From NCBI GenBank assembly GCA_964516075.1, contig CAZEYN010000001.1, forward strand, positions 1-57,384: a DNA stretch of 57,384 nt, written 5' to 3'. A program made the translations under genes and the position numbers. The notes beneath the pieces are model-generated. The model saw only the letters and a program-made list of their open reading frames with translations, had not been told where the DNA came from and searched no databases. Origin of the DNA: an uncultured Candidatus Saccharibacteria bacterium. Its GTDB lineage: Bacteria; Patescibacteriota; Saccharimonadia; Saccharimonadales; Saccharimonadaceae. Positions 48,797 to 57,384 of this stretch are shown piece by piece; the first letter of the stretch is position 1, and the number at the start of each line of letters is the position of its first letter.

Positions 48797-50560
48797 TTAT
48801 GATAAATCACTAGCCACGCGGTTTACCTCCTCTAATGATGTAATGCCAGATAGAGCCTTCAAAATGCCGTCCTGGCGCATAGTAACAGTTCCCTTTGACT
48901 TAGCTAAACGCATGATATCATTAGCAGTGGCGTGTTCGATGATTTTTTTCTGGATGTCTTCGTCGACGGTAATGGTTTCATATAGGCCGGCACGACCTTT
49001 GTAGCCGCCTGGAGTTTCTTTAGATTCCATACCTTTTGACAGTAAATAGAAATCGTCATTTTTAACCGGCAAACCTGGGTAGCCTAAATCTTCGCTAACT
49101 TTAGCAACAGATTCTTTATCTTGCGGTAAAAGTCCGCCTAAAATTTCGTTGATGCTTTTAGTTTCGATTTCGGATGATTTATAAGTCTCGCGTTTTTCAG
49201 TAATACGACGGACAAGGCGCTGACCAATAACCACGTTTAAAGTAGAAGCAAGTAAAAATGGCTCCACGCCCATATCAAGAAGACGCGGCAAAATACCGGC
49301 GGCTGAATTGGTGTGTAAAGTCGAGAATACTAAATGGCCAGTTAAAGCAGCCTGAACAGCCAGGGCGGCAGTTTCGGAATCACGAATCTCACCAACCATC
49401 ACTACGTCTGGGTCTTGGCGCAAAATCGAACGAAGGCCACTAGCAAAAGTTAGACCGGCATCAACGTTAACCTGAATTTGGTTAATGCCGTCCATTTTAT
49501 ACTCGACTGGGTCTTCGAGCGTAACGATATTGATGGCTTCAGATTTGATTTTTTGAATAAGCGCATAAAGAGTGGTTGACTTACCGGAGCCAGTTGGACC
49601 AGAAGTCAGAATCATACCATTTGGACGTTTAATTCCCTCAAGGACATCACGTAACGCACGCCCAGTCATGCCCATTTTTTCAATTTCCATAGAAACACCA
49701 GATTTGTCAAGGAGACGAATAATTACTTGTTCGCCCCATGTAACAGGAGAAATGGCGATACGCAAATCGATTTCTTGATCATCTACTAAGACTGTAAATT
49801 GGCCGTCCTGCGGAATACGGTGTTCGTCGATTTTAAGATTGGCAAGAATTTTAACACGCGAAACCAGGGCCGGTGCAACAGTTTTAGGAAGCTCCATAAT
49901 TTTGCGCAAAACACCATCGATGCGGCAACGAATGATAAGCGAGTTTTCAAGAGGCTCAATATGAATATCTGAGGCTTTGGTTTTGGCAGCATAGCTCAAA
50001 ATAGTAGTTAGGGCTTTAGAAATTGGCGAATCTTGGACGATGGTTTTAGCGTTAGATTGTTCCCTGGCGGCAACTTCTTCGTTGGTTTCTTCAACTGCCT
50101 CTTTGACGCTAGCAAAATCACCGTGATATTTATCTAGAAGTTCGCGGATGCCACGTTCGGATGACATCCAAACACGAATTGGCTGGTTGATGAGATTCGA
50201 GAGATAATCGGTGGCTTGGACGTTTGTGACATCGGTCATGGCGACATTAAGCATGCCGTCTTTCTCGCCAATGGCAACTGCCAAAATACGGGCGGCGGCT
50301 TCGCCAGGAATTTTGGAAAGAATATCTTGGTCGACGCTGATGTTTTTGAGCTCTACGTATGGCACACCAATAAGTGCGGCAGTAGCGCGAGATACCATAT
50401 CGCTGCTGATGATTTTCTTAGCGATTAACTCCGAGAGAATCGAGTTGCCAGTGGGCTCAACTTGCGCCTTGATAGCCGAAACCAAATTGCGATCAGCAAG
50501 CCCCTCGGATACGAGAAGATTGATGATTCCTTCTTCGGCATCTTTTGTGAGAAGTGCCAT
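48797..50560 (-). CDS. pilB: Pilus extension ATPase
   Basis: ASDIHIEP, PQDG, GPTGSGKST, LRQDPD, GHLVFSTLHTN. Confidence 0.94.
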   Translation of the reverse strand: MALLTKDAEEGIINLLVSEGLADRNLVSAIKAQVEPTGNSILSELIAKKIISSDMVSRATAALIGVPYVELKNISVDQDILSKIPGEAAARILAVAIGEKDGMLNVAMTDVTNVQATDYLSNLINQPIRVWMSSERGIRELLDKYHGDFASVKEAVEETNEEVAAREQSNAKTIVQDSPISKALTTILSYAAKTKASDIHIEPLENSLIIRCRIDGVLRKIMELPKTVAPALVSRVKILANLKIDEHRIPQDGQFTVLVDDQEIDLRIAISPVTWGEQVIIRLLDKSGVSMEIEKMGMTGRALRDVLEGIKRPNGMILTSGPTGSGKSTTLYALIQKIKSEAINIVTLEDPVEYKMDGINQIQVNVDAGLTFASGLRSILRQDPDVVMVGEIRDSETAALAVQAALTGHLVFSTLHTNSAAGILPRLLDMGVEPFLLASTLNVVIGQRLVRRITEKRETYKSSEIETKSINEILGGLLPQDKESVAKVSEDLGYPGLPVKNDDFYLLSKGMESKETPGGYKGRAGLYETITVDEDIQKKIIEHATANDIMRLAKSKGTVTMRQDGILKALSGITSLEEVNRVASDLS

Positions 50561-50886
50561 TATTCATCCTTTTGGGTTACATTTGAGTCTGTAGACTGAG
50601 TGGTGCCCTCAACGCTGCCAACGTTAATTTGTGTGGAATTTTCATCGATGCATTGACCATAGACATTATATTTGGCACAATTCCCTACATAGGCCTCGAC
50701 GGTTGGGTTAAGAGCTTTGTAGTTGAAAATTTCTGGGTCTGGCTCGGCAAGTTCGGTGGATACGGAAGAGTTAATGGTTTTGAATGAAAAATCTTCTGTC
50801 TCGCCAATGAAAATATTACAACAGAAATAAGCAATCAGCGTACCGGCAATGGCGATAGCGATAGATGTTGCTAAATCGGCTTTCAT
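50560..50886 (-). CDS. Small TM protein in the pilus operon (PilP position)
   Basis: N-terminal TM; translationally coupled to its neighbours. Confidence 0.7.
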   Translation of the reverse strand: MKADLATSIAIAIAGTLIAYFCCNIFIGETEDFSFKTINSSVSTELAEPDPEIFNYKALNPTVEAYVGNCAKYNVYGQCIDENSTQINVGSVEGTTQSTDSNVTQKDE

Positions 50887-51782
50887 TATTCTTCTTCTCC
50901 TTTGGTGGTTACTTTGCCAGTTTCGGCAGAAACAGTTTTAGTTGACTCCGTGATCGATGACGACTCCATGTAGTAGGCTTGGGCTTGAGCGCGGAATTGG
51001 AGTAGGTTGTCGCCGCTCCACTCTATACTGGCGCTTTGAATGTTGAACTCGCGAATTGAACGTTCTATATTGCTAAGGACGTTCATCGTGGTACTGGAAT
51101 CTGTTTCGATGGCTACGTTAAGAGAGATAGTGTTTAGATTAGTGCCGATTGTTGAAGCTTCTGTATCGCCACTTGGGCTAAGCGATTCTGGCTCCCAGTT
51201 GGAAACTTTGAAAAGTTGGTTTAAGCTAGCGAGCAAGGCCTCTTCGTTTTTGGTGGATGGAAGCGCATCTGGAATCACACGTAAGGCGGAGCAGCTGCGA
51301 ATCAATTGACTGGCGGCGCTTAGCTCCTCGCTGCCCCTAGCTTCTTCATAAATTGTGCTGAGCTCTTTATAGGTATAGTTCTTGCTGGTTAATGGGTCGA
51401 TGCAACTGGAATTACTTACGTTTGGCACTGAATTTAGAGCTTCGTTGGCGGCTAAGTCCTCAATAATATTAGCCCTGAGAGTGTTTGGAATTTCAGAAAC
51501 TTCAATACCATCCGGGTCGCATTTTTTGAGTTCTTCATCGGTATAAATGCTACCATTAGGGCTTTTGCAAATACCGATATTCTTAATGGTGTTTGAATAG
51601 TTAACGATGGTTTTTTCTTCTTCTGCGATGACATTGATATTGAAAGAAATTTGGTTGACGAAAGATGAGATGAGAGAAATCGCTACACCCAAGAAAAGTG
51701 AGGCAACAAGCACTGAAAGAAGCGTATATTGTTGAGCTTCCGTGATTTTAAGTCTTTTACTGATTGCGATTTCTTTAGCCAT
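50886..51782 (-). CDS. PilO-like alignment protein
   Basis: Single TM, ALPS, IERSIREF; position after pilM/pilN; start MAKEI after GGAG. Confidence 0.6.
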   Translation of the reverse strand: MAKEIAISKRLKITEAQQYTLLSVLVASLFLGVAISLISSFVNQISFNINVIAEEEKTIVNYSNTIKNIGICKSPNGSIYTDEELKKCDPDGIEVSEIPNTLRANIIEDLAANEALNSVPNVSNSSCIDPLTSKNYTYKELSTIYEEARGSEELSAASQLIRSCSALRVIPDALPSTKNEEALLASLNQLFKVSNWEPESLSPSGDTEASTIGTNLNTISLNVAIETDSSTTMNVLSNIERSIREFNIQSASIEWSGDNLLQFRAQAQAYYMESSSITESTKTVSAETGKVTTKGEEE

Positions 51783-52947
51783 TGTTTTCTCCTGCTCCAT
51801 TAGTACTATTGGAATTACATGCGGTGTCGCTTTGGTCGCAGTCGCTAGCGCGCTTGCCGAATATAGACTGAATTTGGACATAAGAATCGGTAACGTTGCG
51901 GCGACCAGATGGCGCAATAGCTAACACGTGCTTGTTTGTGAATGAGTAGAATTCCGGGTTAATATAGACTGAGGCCGAGAAGCGTAAAACTAAACCGTTG
52001 GATGAATCGCGGCCATTGGAGGAATCGGAAATTTTGATACCATTGGTGTCGCCAGAGGCGTCTTGGACTAAATGGCAGTTGTTCTCTTCGGACCAGGTAG
52101 GATTAGATTTGTCTTTGCTGTTGTCGCCGGTATAAGAAATACACTGGCTGACGAAGTGCTCAACATTAGAGATGGTGCCGTCCAAAGTCATGGATGGTTG
52201 AGCAGTAGAGGCAGTCTCTTTGTACCAATCGGAATACTGAGGAGTGCGCCAAATACGAACCACAGATTGGTTATCATAAGTTTCGACACTATAATCTGTA
52301 GCTTTAAGAGTTTCGGACGGGTTACAGCCCTCACCATTAATAGTCCAGTAGGCATAGTAGCCTTTTGTGGAATCTTTGAGGGTGGCGCCATCGGTGCCCT
52401 GCTCGATAATACAATAGGATGGAATTTGATTCCCCTCTTTATCTACGTAATTGCCGTAATCGTAGCGCATATAGTCCATACTCTTTTTAAAAGAATCAAG
52501 AACGTTGTAATCGATGTATGGTTCTTGACCGGCATTAGCTTGGGCTTCAAAAGTAAGGGTCGGTTGCGAGCCACTAAGATTGACGCTTAACTCGGAAATA
52601 GTGATAGTATCAGCACCGGTAGGAATTAACGCAGAAATAGCATTAAAAGTACGTGAAACTACGTTTTTATTGCTGGATAAGGCAGCGAGGTTGCCGACCT
52701 GATCTTTGATGGTTAAAACATCGTTGAGCTCGCTATAAGAATTGAGCTTTGAGGATAACTGGTTGATGGTTTCCTTTTTGCTGTCACGGACTAGTTGCTG
52801 ACCGCCGGCGATTAAACCGATTACTACTGTTAAAACTACGCTTGCGATAGCAACAACGATAGAAGCGAAGAAAATGTAATTTCTGACCTTGAGAGCCTTG
52901 ATCATTTCACCTTTGATATCTGGGACTAAATTGATTTCGCGTGCCAT
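51775..52947 (-). CDS. PilN-like alignment protein
   Basis: EINLVP PilM-binding motif followed by a TM. Confidence 0.75.
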   Translation of the reverse strand: MAREINLVPDIKGEMIKALKVRNYIFFASIVVAIASVVLTVVIGLIAGGQQLVRDSKKETINQLSSKLNSYSELNDVLTIKDQVGNLAALSSNKNVVSRTFNAISALIPTGADTITISELSVNLSGSQPTLTFEAQANAGQEPYIDYNVLDSFKKSMDYMRYDYGNYVDKEGNQIPSYCIIEQGTDGATLKDSTKGYYAYWTINGEGCNPSETLKATDYSVETYDNQSVVRIWRTPQYSDWYKETASTAQPSMTLDGTISNVEHFVSQCISYTGDNSKDKSNPTWSEENNCHLVQDASGDTNGIKISDSSNGRDSSNGLVLRFSASVYINPEFYSFTNKHVLAIAPSGRRNVTDSYVQIQSIFGKRASDCDQSDTACNSNSTNGAGENNG

Positions 52948-53993
52948 TAGTCGTTACTCCTTTCCGATAAGCCAATTGCAACTGAAAATTCGTTGGCCAC
53001 GTTCATCAGGACTCTTTGTTGTTCTGAGGTGGTGCGCACAAATTGCCACGGGTTGCCATTGATGGTAGAAATATTAGTTTTGGCTTCGATAAAGCTAGAA
53101 AAAAGCGGAATGACGCTGGCGTAACCTGTCAAAATGATGCCGCCGACTTTGCCGTTGATATATTTAGTCTGGAAGAAACGCACTGATTTAGCCAATTCGG
53201 CGGCAAAGGTGTCTAGATGCGCGCTGAGAATTTTGAAAACTTGGCCCTCGACTTGGTTTTGGTCTAGGCCGAATTTGAGGATAAATTGACGGGCTTGATC
53301 TTCGCGGACATCCAAACTGCTGGCCACGGCCTTGATTAACACGTTAAAACCGCCCGGCACGGAGCGCACCAAGCGTGGTTTGTTTTTGAAAACGATGACG
53401 ATATCTGTAGAATCGGCACCAAAATCTACTATCATATTAGCATCAATTGCGCCAGGGGTATTTAAGGCTCTGGCCATAGCAAGAGCTTCAGGCTCCATGG
53501 CGATAATGTTAAGGCCGGTTTTTTCGATAAGTTCCATGGTTTCTTCGGCGTAATCTTTGGCAATGGATGAAACTAGAATCTCGGTTTTGGCTGGGTCGTC
53601 CGGACTTGGCCCCAAAATGATATAATCGGCCTTGGCGTCGCTTAAAGACATTGGGACATATTTGTCTATTTCGTATTTGAAAGTCTTCTTGAGCTCTTTT
53701 TCTGGCAATGTATCGGTGCTAACAATAGAGGTAAAAGTTTTGCTGGCTGGCAAGCCTAATGCGACGTTTTTGGTTTTGATACCGGCCTGATTGACCGCAC
53801 CCATAATGGCTTCGCCTAGGCGTTTTTTGCCTAATTCAGAAGAATCTGCTTTGAGTTTGATATCGATTGGAACATAAGCAAATTTCTGGAGAGTCCAGCC
53901 GTGCTGTTCGGAGCCAGAAAGTTGGACGATTCGCATCGAGTTTGTCCCAATATCTAGGGAGAAAAAGTCGCCCACGCCATGCAATAAATTCAT
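52947..53993 (-). CDS. pilM: Pilus assembly protein PilM
   Basis: LDIGT, VDFGA, ILTG actin-like motifs. Confidence 0.88.
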   Translation of the reverse strand: MNLLHGVGDFFSLDIGTNSMRIVQLSGSEQHGWTLQKFAYVPIDIKLKADSSELGKKRLGEAIMGAVNQAGIKTKNVALGLPASKTFTSIVSTDTLPEKELKKTFKYEIDKYVPMSLSDAKADYIILGPSPDDPAKTEILVSSIAKDYAEETMELIEKTGLNIIAMEPEALAMARALNTPGAIDANMIVDFGADSTDIVIVFKNKPRLVRSVPGGFNVLIKAVASSLDVREDQARQFILKFGLDQNQVEGQVFKILSAHLDTFAAELAKSVRFFQTKYINGKVGGIILTGYASVIPLFSSFIEAKTNISTINGNPWQFVRTTSEQQRVLMNVANEFSVAIGLSERSND

Positions 53994-54070
53994 ACTCTTA
54001 TTATAAGCTTATGGTTATAAAATGTCAATAAAAAATATCTGAGAAAATGAGTTAAGAAATAGCTACACGC

Positions 54071-54182
54071 ACTGAATGGGTCCTGCCACCACATTTATCC
54101 CCACAAAAATTTGTAAACAAATTTCTTGTGGGGTCCCCTAATGTGGCGCCACCCATTCACTAGAATCTTTTAGACTCATTTA
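54071..54182 (-). repeat. Dispersed hairpin repeat, full subfamily B copy
   Basis: ctgaatgggtcctgccaccacattt...aatgtggcgccacccattcac...gactcattta; the terminal tta is the efp stop. Confidence 0.9.
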
Positions 54183-54740
54183 TTTTTTGCGTTCGCGATA
54201 GGCGTAGGTGTCGGTGTCTACCGAGACGGTGTCGCCCTCTTTGATGAAGGCTGGGACTTTGATTACTGCGCCGGTTTCTAAGGTCGCGTCTTTCATGACC
54301 GAGCTGGTAGTGTCGCCTTTGACTACCGACTCTGTATAGGTAACAGTGAGCCAAATATTTTTAGGCAACTGCAAGTTGATCGGCGCGCCGTTGTAGAATT
54401 GAATTTCCATCTCGTCGCCGTCTTTCATGAAATCTTTGGAATCGCCAACCATATCGGCGTCTAGTTCGTATTGCTCGAACGTCTCTGGGTCCATAAAATA
54501 GAATTTGGCGTCGTCTTTGTAGAGATATTGAACTTTACGCGTGGTGACTTCGGCTGACTCAATTTTTTCTTGACCTTTAAAAGTCTTTGGCAAAAGAGCG
54601 CCAGTGATTAAATTTTTAACCTTGACGTTGACAATTGAACCGCCGCGGCCCATTACCTTTTGCGAATATTCTACAACCTTGAACGGCTGGCCATCCAGGG
54701 TAATCAAAGTATTCTTTTTTAAATCTGTTGGTCCGTACAT
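54180..54740 (-). CDS. efp: Elongation factor P
   Basis: VKVKNLITG, QYLY, FMDPETFEQ, KGDT, VPAFI. Confidence 0.94.
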   Translation of the reverse strand: MYGPTDLKKNTLITLDGQPFKVVEYSQKVMGRGGSIVNVKVKNLITGALLPKTFKGQEKIESAEVTTRKVQYLYKDDAKFYFMDPETFEQYELDADMVGDSKDFMKDGDEMEIQFYNGAPINLQLPKNIWLTVTYTESVVKGDTTSSVMKDATLETGAVIKVPAFIKEGDTVSVDTDTYAYRERKK

Positions 54741-54751
54741 ATTACTCCTTA

Positions 54752-54946
54752 TTATTTAGTGATAAATGGCAAAAGTGCAATATGGCGAGCGCGTTTAACA
54801 GCAACAGCGAGTTGGCGCTGTTGTTTGGCAGACAAGCCAGTCTTGGCGATTGACTCGATGCGACCGTAACCGTCTAGGTAGCGTTGCAAAGTTTTGGAAT
54901 CGCGATAATCGAAATATAGATTTGGATCGCTTTTAACTTTTTTCAT
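54752..54946 (-). CDS. rpsR: 30S ribosomal protein S18
   Basis: FDYRD...[19 protein letters not shown]. Confidence 0.95.
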   Translation of the reverse strand: MKKVKSDPNLYFDYRDSKTLQRYLDGYGRIESIAKTGLSAKQQRQLAVAVKRARHIALLPFITK

Positions 54947-54972
54947 TAATATTCTCCTTCGTTATAAAATTT

Positions 54973-55431
54973 TTAGAATGGAACTTCACTGAGGTCGATT
55001 TCTCCTTCAGGGATGTCATCCAGGGTTTCTTCTGGGGCTGGAGCTGGGGCGCTGGAGCTCGAAGAATTGTTGTAATTATTAGAACCTCCGCCATTGCCAT
55101 CGCGAGAACCGAGGAAGTTAAAATCTTCGGCAACGATTTCGACGCGAGAGCGTTTTTGGCCGGTGTTTTTATCTTCCCAGCTGCGTTGGTCTAAACGACC
55201 AGACACAAGCACACCGGAACCTTTTTTGGCATATTGGGCAATCATTTCGCCAAGCTTATTCCAAGCGGAACAATCGATGTAGGAAACGGTTTCCTTTTGT
55301 TCCCCATTGTCGCGATAGACACGATTGACGGCAACTGAGAAGCTACAGACCGAGGCACCACTTGGGGTAGTGCGAAGTTCTGGGTCCCTGGTTAAGTTGC
55401 CAGTGATGATTGCTTTGCTAAAACCGCGCAT
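54973..55431 (-). CDS. ssb: Single-stranded DNA-binding protein
   Basis: GNLTRDPELR, acidic C-tail ending EVPF. Confidence 0.96.
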   Translation of the reverse strand: MRGFSKAIITGNLTRDPELRTTPSGASVCSFSVAVNRVYRDNGEQKETVSYIDCSAWNKLGEMIAQYAKKGSGVLVSGRLDQRSWEDKNTGQKRSRVEIVAEDFNFLGSRDGNGGGSNNYNNSSSSSAPAPAPEETLDDIPEGEIDLSEVPF

Positions 55432-55437
55432 AGTAAG

Positions 55438-55794
55438 TTATTCTCCTTTTTCTTGATTATCGGACTCGGTGGAATCCGTAGCTTTGCTGCGAGCGTTCAA
55501 TTTGGCTTTGCGCTCGTCTACCTTGACCAACAAGTAACGGATAACTTCGTCGGTGATGTTGAGCACGCTGCTGATTTTGGCTGGCGCCGCAGCAGGCAGG
55601 CTTAACTCAAAGAAATGGTAGACTGCAAAATTTTGACCGCTGATGGTGTAGGCCAAGCGTTTTTTGCCGTCGCTGGTTTCTTTGGTGATTTGGCCGCCGT
55701 TAGACTCGATGATTTTCTTCACCTTGTCGAGGGCTGGGTCTAGGTTCATCTCTAAATCAGGATGAAACAAGACTGTGAGTTCGTAGTCTTTCAT
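55438..55794 (-). CDS. rpsF: 30S ribosomal protein S6
   Basis: YEL, GKKRLAY, VIRYL; rpsF-ssb-rpsR synteny. Confidence 0.95.
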   Translation of the reverse strand: MKDYELTVLFHPDLEMNLDPALDKVKKIIESNGGQITKETSDGKKRLAYTISGQNFAVYHFFELSLPAAAPAKISSVLNITDEVIRYLLVKVDERKAKLNARSKATDSTESDNQEKGE

Positions 55795-55879
55795 AAAACT
55801 CCTTTGGTTAAAGCAAACACAGTTCTACTTGTTTGCTGAGCTGATATTAGGGTTATTATACTACAGATTCGCTGGGGCG

Positions 55880-56216
55880 TCAAGGGGTGGCTGGAATGAC
55901 ATGATAATTACTGCTATCGAAATTGTTAACGACAGTGGCACCGGAACCGCTAGTCGTGGTTACTTTCATGGTCCAATTAGAAGTATCGCTGGTTGTATTT
56001 GTGCCGGTAGCAATGCTGCCGACGGTGCTGGTCATGGTAGTGCTAACTTCCCCGTCACCATCATAACCTATGACATAGAGCCGAAAGCGTATCTACGCTG
56101 CTAGCGCTAGTATTAAAAGAAGCGGCAAGCGTAAAAATAAAACCAAAAGTAAGTGCTAAAATAGCAATGACGCCAAACATAGCAATCTGGTGATTTTTAG
56201 TGTAGCCTTTGAACAT
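55880..56216 (-). pseudogene. Frameshifted remnant of the same surface-protein family as the 37.5-39.3 kb fragments
   Basis: MFKGYTKNHQIAMFGVIAIL.., frameshifts, then LYVIGYDGDG...SIATGTNTTSDTSNWTMKV...YHVIPATP, which resembles GIYAIGYSGD...NIATGIDTTGDT. Confidence 0.65.
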
Positions 56217-56281
56217 TATTTTCCTCGATTTACGTTTATGCTAATTTTGTTATAGCATAAAATTTGATTTTGCAAGGAAAA

Positions 56282-57384
56282 TTAAACGTTGGCGAGTTCG
56301 TCGAATTCTTCCATTGAAGAAATGAGAACCTCGCGAGGTTTGTTGCCGTTTTGTGGGCCGATGACGTTGATTTCTTCGAGCCAGATGGCAAGACCAGCGA
56401 CAAAGCCGTGGCCCTTACCAAGCCAAGTTTGTAAGGAGGCGGTGCTGAATTTTCCCTGCTTAAGGGTGATTTCGACAGCTTTTCTAACTATTGGATCGTT
56501 AGGGTCGTAGCGGCGACCAAGGTCGGTAATACTGCCACCGCCGCCCTTGATGGCGACGTTTTGAGCGATAACTTCGTCATTATACTCTGGCTGACGCTGC
56601 GCGCGTAAAAAATCGGTGATTTTGTAGATGTCGTTGTCGCTAGTCCAAGCACCCTGAATACGCTCCAAACCCTCGGTGGAATCTTCTGTGGAGAGGAGCA
56701 TATCGCCACGCCCAACGAGTTTTTCGGCGCCCTTTTCGTCGAGCATGATGTGGGAGTCCATGGCAGTAAGAACGCGGAAGCACATACGCGATGGGATGTT
56801 GCTTTTGATAAGACCGGTGATAACTTTGACGATTGGCTTTTGGGTGGCGAGTACTAAGTGCATACCGGCGGCACGACCGAGCTGGGCGATTTGAACGATG
56901 GATGGTTCGAGCTCCTTCCCTGCTTGCATCATGATTTGAGCCATTTCGTCGATAACTACGACGATGTATGGCATTTTGTCGCCCTTTTCGCCCTCTTTGG
57001 CCATTTTGGCGTTGTATTCGCTGATGTTTTTGACGCGCGCTTCTTTGAGCGTGGTAAAGCGGCGATTCATTTCGCCGACTGCCCATTTAAGTGCAGAAAC
57101 GGCCTTGGTTTCGTCGTTAATAACTGGGGTAAGGAGGTGAGGAATATCAGTATAAGCTTCCATTTCTACCTTTTTAATATCAACTATGATGAGGCGTAAA
57201 TCGCTAGGGGAATGAGTGAATAAGAGCGAAATTAGAATAGAGTTCATCATGACAGACTTACCAGAACCAGTGGTGCCAGCGATGAGAAGGTGGCGCATGC
57301 GAGCCAAGTCGCCGACTACGGCTTTGCCGGACATATTTTTGCCGATAGCGAATTTAAGCGGACCGTCGTTTTTCTGCCATTCTG
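56282..57384 (-). CDS. ftsK: DNA translocase FtsK/SpoIIIE (5' part outside the window)
   Basis: HLLIAGTTGSGKS, VVIDEMA, GRAAGMHLVLATQKP, GAEKLVGRGDML, C-terminal gamma domain. Confidence 0.95.
   Translation of the reverse strand, partial: EWQKNDGPLKFAIGKNMSGKAVVGDLARMRHLLIAGTTGSGKSVMMNSILISLLFTHSPSDLRLIIVDIKKVEMEAYTDIPHLLTPVINDETKAVSALKWAVGEMNRRFTTLKEARVKNISEYNAKMAKEGEKGDKMPYIVVVIDEMAQIMMQAGKELEPSIVQIAQLGRAAGMHLVLATQKPIVKVITGLIKSNIPSRMCFRVLTAMDSHIMLDEKGAEKLVGRGDMLLSTEDSTEGLERIQGAWTSDNDIYKITDFLRAQRQPEYNDEVIAQNVAIKGGGGSITDLGRRYDPNDPIVRKAVEITLKQGKFSTASLQTWLGKGHGFVAGLAIWLEEINVIGPQNGNKPREVLISSMEEFDELANV

Noticed and set aside
6204..54182. CRISPR array
   Set aside because: The repeats are dispersed and long, with no repeat-spacer periodicity and no cas genes

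Overview
Chromosomal segment that looks like Candidatus Saccharibacteria (TM7/CPR). The assignment is inferred from gene content: short RpoD and PolA, a CPR-type small pilin, a DUF5663-like protein and a complete type IV pilus locus. Most genes are on the minus strand. Core genes include nrdD (partial), prfA, prmC, htrA, lepB, parAB, rplU, ileS, mscS, nrdR, ftsZA, polA, rpoD, dnaG, orn, argS, ndk, xerC/D, the pil cluster, efp, rpsR, ssb, rpsF, ftsK (partial) and three tRNAs. Accessory content is a GANTC-type R-M cassette, a RhuM-Fic gene, surface proteins and decayed FISUMP-type surface-protein genes. Most notable: (1) an NrdR-boxed 145-aa mini-NrdD with an ATP-cone-like N-terminus fused directly to a glycyl-radical motif and no catalytic barrel; (2) a dispersed ~100-bp hairpin repeat family at 8 loci, all in one orientation, with two covarying subfamilies and one copy translated in frame inside IleRS; (3) an antisense/attenuator-like RNA switch in the R-M leader; (4) an unannotated type I toxin-antitoxin-like locus; (5) pervasive leaderless TGnTATAAT-N5-9-ATG gene starts. 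All family assignments come from reading motifs by eye; no database searches were run.
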